A DNA stretch of 64,000 nucleotides from Convolutriloba macropyga. Its lineage: Eukaryota. Positions within the stretch are counted from its first letter, which is position 1. Each line of letters opens with the position of its first letter. The position numbers and the translations under genes were made by a program. A model generated the notes under the pieces. The model did no database searches and was not told where the DNA came from. It worked only from the letters and a program-made list of their open reading frames with translations. Below are positions 60,201 through 64,000 of the stretch, in pieces. The stretch spans positions 40,796,001 to 40,860,000 of the forward strand of contig NC_134481.1 of assembly GCF_964194025.1 (NCBI RefSeq), given 5' to 3'.

Positions 60201-63200
60201 GTCCCTGACGAAATTGTCGCCACTAAATATGAATTTAAACATATGCACACCAATTAACAAATTCAAAATTAACAATTCAAAATCATTAATTCATCCATAT
60301 GATTGCATGGAGTTGAACAAATGTTAAGCTGATAACTATTTAGTGTTGCCATATTGTATTAAAAAAACAACAAAGAGAAAGTAGTCCCTATTTAGTAGAT
60401 ATTCCCTGCTGGGGTGTCATATAGTGCTTTTTAATACAATAATCATATTAATGTTACGAAACAAGACAGTGTTGAAGGTGAAGGTTTTTTTTGGAATGGT
60501 CTGCTTTTGAATTGAGTATAAGTTATCATTTATGTTCCGTTTTGGTGTCTGCATGGTTCATGTTTGACATTGACAAAGCGGCCCATTGACAGCGGCCATG
60601 CATTAGCGTCCCGTGGAACTTGATATGAAAATGCGACAATCTTTTCCATTTGTGCCCTCAGTTCGCTATGCACCCACAGTTACAGCACGCGCATTGTATT
60701 GTAAATCATTAAGTAAAATATGGCTCGTGCACTATGGCACGTGCGTCTCGAAGCAATAATTGAGTATTTTTGTTGACCACAGAGGGATTTGAACCCTCAA
60801 TCTCCTGATTCGTAGTCAGGCGCCTTATCCATTAGGCCATGCGGCCATGAACGGAGGTCTATGAGTTGTATCGAGTTCTACTTTTTCAGACCTCTCTTCA
60901 ATGTCAAACCAAACGTTCATTACTTTGACTGGAAACTGGGGGGGGGGGGGGGGGGGGGCAACGGAAAATATCCATTTTTTCTTGCATGAACTGCGCAAAA
61001 TTGGTCCTTGATTTCCTGGCCGGTTCGACTTGTTTGGAGTCTGAACAAGTGGATTGGTTTTCGGTTCGCAAAATGATTGCAATTCGACTTACGGACATTT
61101 GACTTTTGGGATCTGTTTTGCCCCCAGTGTTTTTATGGGTTCTACTTCTTTTCACCCCCGATTCATTTAACCCCTATATCATTTCACCCCTCTATCATTT
61201 CATACCGCCAATTAGGAGTCAACAGTAAAGGCTTATTTTGTCATAATTAAGTAGATAACTTAATTCTATGTTCGGTTGTGATAGTTTCATGCCAAGTCCC
61301 ACGGGCCGCTAAGGCATGGCCCACCTATAAATTATGGGTTGTTATATAGCACGTTACTATGTTTAATATAGCACGTGCTCCTGGGGGCGTAAAAGTTATA
61401 TGCCCACTAAGGTTGGGGGCCGAAGTGGAATAGATCCGACTGTTGCCGGGTTACTAATTTTTATACCTAAAACGGGAGCCTGAAACGGGACCTCCTCACT
61501 TTCTTACATCAAATCACCGCGCGTAGTCAGATTTAACATCAACATCAATTTTCAGTGGTTTTCTAATTTTTTTTTGGTCATTTTAATTTCAAACTCTTTC
61601 AAATTGTCTCATATTTGGTTTTACAACTGTTTGCCTTTTCAAGACCCTGAACCAGTGGGATAACTGCGTTGAAAGCCTCAGAGGCGTGCTGGACAGTGAG
61701 AACTTCCTACTTGACGAGGGAAAACGTCTCTACCTGCACACGGGGATCAAGGAAAAAGTGAAGGCTGTGACTTGCATCAAACAGTTCAGACACATCGTGG
61801 AGAAAGAGCAGAGTGTGTTGGAACAGATGGTTCTGAAGGAGAAGGAATTGCAAACTGTGTCTGAAAAACACGCTGTGAGTATTGCGGGTCTTTACTATTA
61901 TAGCTGTCCATTATGGTATACTTACGGTAGTTGGGTGGCTCTACTTTATATGACCATAAAGCTGGGGGTGGGTGGATAATGACTATCGGGATGGGGTAGC
62001 CATCCCACTTCCAAACTTTTGGAAAAATAGGATCTTTTCCTTTTGAAACACAGTATAGACCTCCGGACAATTTATTTTCTAAATCTGACACTCCGCACAG
62101 GAGTGTCAGATTTAGAATGCCAGATCTTCTTTTATACAGTGCCAGATCTTAAAGTACTCAAACAAGTAAAAACGTGCTTTTCATTTGAAGTTGAATGCAC
62201 TTTTGTTACATTGAGCCCCACTAAATGAGCACGTGTAAATCGGGATTTTTTCCATTTGTACCCCCGAGCTTAGTGAATGCATATTATTTGCATCCCCAGA
62301 CCCACGTGCGATATTTTAACAATGATTTACTATGTAATGGTACATGCTCTCTAACTGGGGGGATGCATAACGTATTGGGGGGTCAAAACGGAAAAGATCC
62401 GTCGATCGAAGTTCAATAGAATTCAGGATCCAAATCTTTTTTCACTTCAATCAATCTTCAGAGTTTTTCCAGCCATTGAAGTTTTTCACAAGTCGTTTTT
62501 TCCAGTGTTGTATCCTCGTTTGCCATCTTTTAATTAGGAAAGTTAACCCTTTTTCTTTTATTTTAAAAAAAACAAAGACAATTGGGTAAAATGCAAAATA
62601 TACTTATAGCAGAAATGGGATATCTTTCTGCACAACCCACCAGTGCGTTATGCTCCCCCAGTTACAGAGGTTTTGCTATTATTTGGTGAATCACTATTTT
62701 TAAAAAAAATGGTACAGGCATCTGGGGGTTGCGAATAATATGCACCCTCTATGCTTGGGGAGCACAAACGGATAAGATACCAAAATGATTCAACAGTCAA
62801 AAAGTCAAAATTGGTTTATTAAAAGAGTTTCATCAGGAAAATAAAAGAGCTGATTATCATTTTTTTCTGCAAAGTGATTTTCATGTTTTTGCAAAAATTA
62901 GCATCTATTCGTTTCTCCTAAATCACGTTTAATCTAACGACCAATATGGTGTTTAGCTTACTGGCATGAGTGTAATTTTAATGTGTGGGTGTAGCTATCA
63001 GCACTAATTGTATCGGGGGATGTAGATCTTCAAAGTTTTATTGTTTTTGCAATGAAAAATTGTAATCACTTTTGCAATTAAATTATTTTTGTGTCAACTT
63101 GCACAACGTGTGTTTCAAAAAGGATATATGACTCTGCTAATGTCACTTGGAAACTCTGGCAAACATCTCGTACCGCCTCGCGGTTCTCGATTAATGCCAG

Positions 63201-64000
63201 ACTTTCTCATTGACTGTCAGAGTCACGTTACCTCTGCATCATGTGTTAATACAGCGCTTGAGGATTGCTTATAATATGCTCCCACTAGTTTAGTGGTCAC
63301 AAACGGAAAAGATCCACTAAAACAAAACCTGCCCAACACTGTGTTCTTTTGAAAAGTCGTATTGTTTATACGTGGAGCTCAGAACTCATTCTAAGTCATG
63401 TGTTCGATTCAAAATTTGATAGCCTAAAAACGTGAAGTTCAGATTTTGATCCTCCTCTTGTTGCAGCTATGGTTACACACTCCATACGCCCTAGTTGTCT
63501 CAGATTAAACTTCTTCATTTTATGTTTCCTTCTCTTTGATTTTTCTGGCCAAACATTTTTTTCATGAAATACTTTAAATGTTCTCTTTTTCACGTGGTGA
63601 TTATGAGATAAGTGTGGCGTAGAAAGTCAAAACTGACAAAAAATTGTTTTCTTCCTACTAATAATCATTACCATATTCGAGGAAATTTTTATACAAGAAT
63701 ATATATTCGGCTATATACGTTCAAGAATAATTACTCTCGTACTCTGGTTTCCTGTTAAATGTCAGGATATAAGCCTTTTAGCCTCTCTCTGGTTTTATTA
63801 AAAAGTAGTTGACGTGCGGGTTTGGAAATTTTGGTACAGAGGGGGCTACGGATCCGCCTTGTTGATAAAATTCGGTTTAAAAAACCGTCATTTAGGCAAT
63901 ATATGCCCTTGGCCTTTTCAATTAATTTCATGTTTCACGCTTCCGTAAGGGCTTTCAAATGATGGCATATGCTTATTTTACAGGAGAAGCTGAAAGAGAT
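39298..64000 (+). CDS. TTC17: Tetratricopeptide repeat protein 17, 5' part (continues past the window)
   Basis: Exons 39298 (or ATG 39439)-39600, 42279-42504 (duplicate 47071-47296), 49275-49539, 54045-54159, 56710-56823, 57233-57508, 61644-61874, 63984->64000. Phases 0,1,2,0,0,0,0 match. Hydrophobic signal followed by THWVVSDDGR, SPY.M....DLINLMKQE, LDQVGHLI, SWITYNLATIFWRIKG...EALNC, AVTC, all TTC17-like. Confidence 0.9.
39435..48993 (+). repeat. Tandem segmental duplication of ~4.76 kb (39435-44198 and 44227-48993)
   Basis: ORF track repeats with an offset of 4790-4792. Only a handful of SNPs and indels separate the copies. Confidence 0.97.
44231..47296 (+). CDS. TTC17: Duplicated TTC17 exon 1' (44231-44392, 5'-truncated at an in-frame ATG) and exon 2' (47071-47296)
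   Basis: Identical peptides to the first copies, with intact donor and acceptor sites. Confidence 0.7.
49556..51535 (+). mobile_element. Family A long Helentron-like element, 3' terminus missing
   Basis: Colinear homology with 3475-5410 and internal tandem sub-repeats (TTCTAGTGGTAATGGAATGGTTT). Confidence 0.7.
54355..56344 (+). mobile_element. Family B plus D composite Helentron-like element (copy of 241-2533)
   Basis: Same nested termini and colinear homology at both ends. Confidence 0.7.
57898..58320 (+). mobile_element. Family A short Helentron-like element, complete
   Basis: Subterminal inverted repeats AATTGCTCTTGAACGA / TCGTTCGAGAGCAATT (15/16), 5' hairpin, 3' CCGAC-gttta-GTCGG and TTATGTTTT. 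No TSD, T-rich site. Confidence 0.8.
59595..59674. repeat. 15-bp minisatellite (ATTGAAAATATATCW) x5
   Basis: Directly visible. Confidence 0.95.
59985..60145. mobile_element. GGATC-ended MITE
   Basis: TIRs GGATCTATTCTGTTTCG / CGAAACAGAAGAGATTC. Flanks AAATCCCG / CAATCCCG match 7/8. Confidence 0.8.
60774..60846 (-). tRNA. tRNA-Arg(ACG), in TTC17 intron 6, antisense
   Basis: GGCCGCATGGCCTAATGGATAAGGCGCCTGACTACGAATCAGGAGATTGAGGGTTCAAATCCCTCTGTGGTCA, 73 nt. All four stems pair. Anticodon arm is CCTGA-CT ACG AA-TCAGG. Confidence 0.9.
61109..61437. mobile_element. GGATC-ended MITE interrupted by a ~200 bp insertion
   Basis: Flanks GACTTTTG / GACTGTTG match 7/8. The inner insert is bounded by TTATGGGTT repeats (61133-61141, 61332-61340). 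Confidence 0.7.
62243..62400. mobile_element. GGATC-ended MITE (further copies at 62618-62780, partial at 63277-63315, 39643-39730, 44433-44520)
   Basis: Homologous to 17214-17386. Flanks GTAAATCG / GTCGATCG match 6/8. Confidence 0.8.

Overview
AT-rich, intron-rich animal genomic DNA (no prokaryotic features). The gene and repeat style is reminiscent of acoel (Xenacoelomorpha) genomes, but that is a low-certainty inference. Four spliced protein-coding genes, all on the + strand, were reconstructed by hand with phase-consistent junctions: mitochondrial GatB (5 exons, 624 aa, with a ~75-80 aa insertion), LDAH (4 exons), a B-box/coiled-coil TRIM-like protein (3 exons) and TTC17 (8 exons seen, runs off the window). 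There is one tRNA-Arg(ACG) on the - strand. Introns and spacers hold at least four families of non-autonomous Helentron/DINE-1-like elements (often nested and mostly co-oriented with the genes), a GGATC-ended MITE family with 8-bp TSDs, foldback elements and LINE remnants. A recent ~4.8 kb tandem duplication copies TTC17 exons 1-2 and has a templated-insertion junction. The most interesting signal is in splicing. Splice signals are unusually degenerate: one GC-AG intron, two probable GA-AG introns, and acceptors without pyrimidine tracts. In most long introns the first ~60 nt are complementary to the last ~15-105 nt. This suggests intron-specific RNA stems that bring the splice sites together, and it needs a shuffle control and RNA-seq to confirm.
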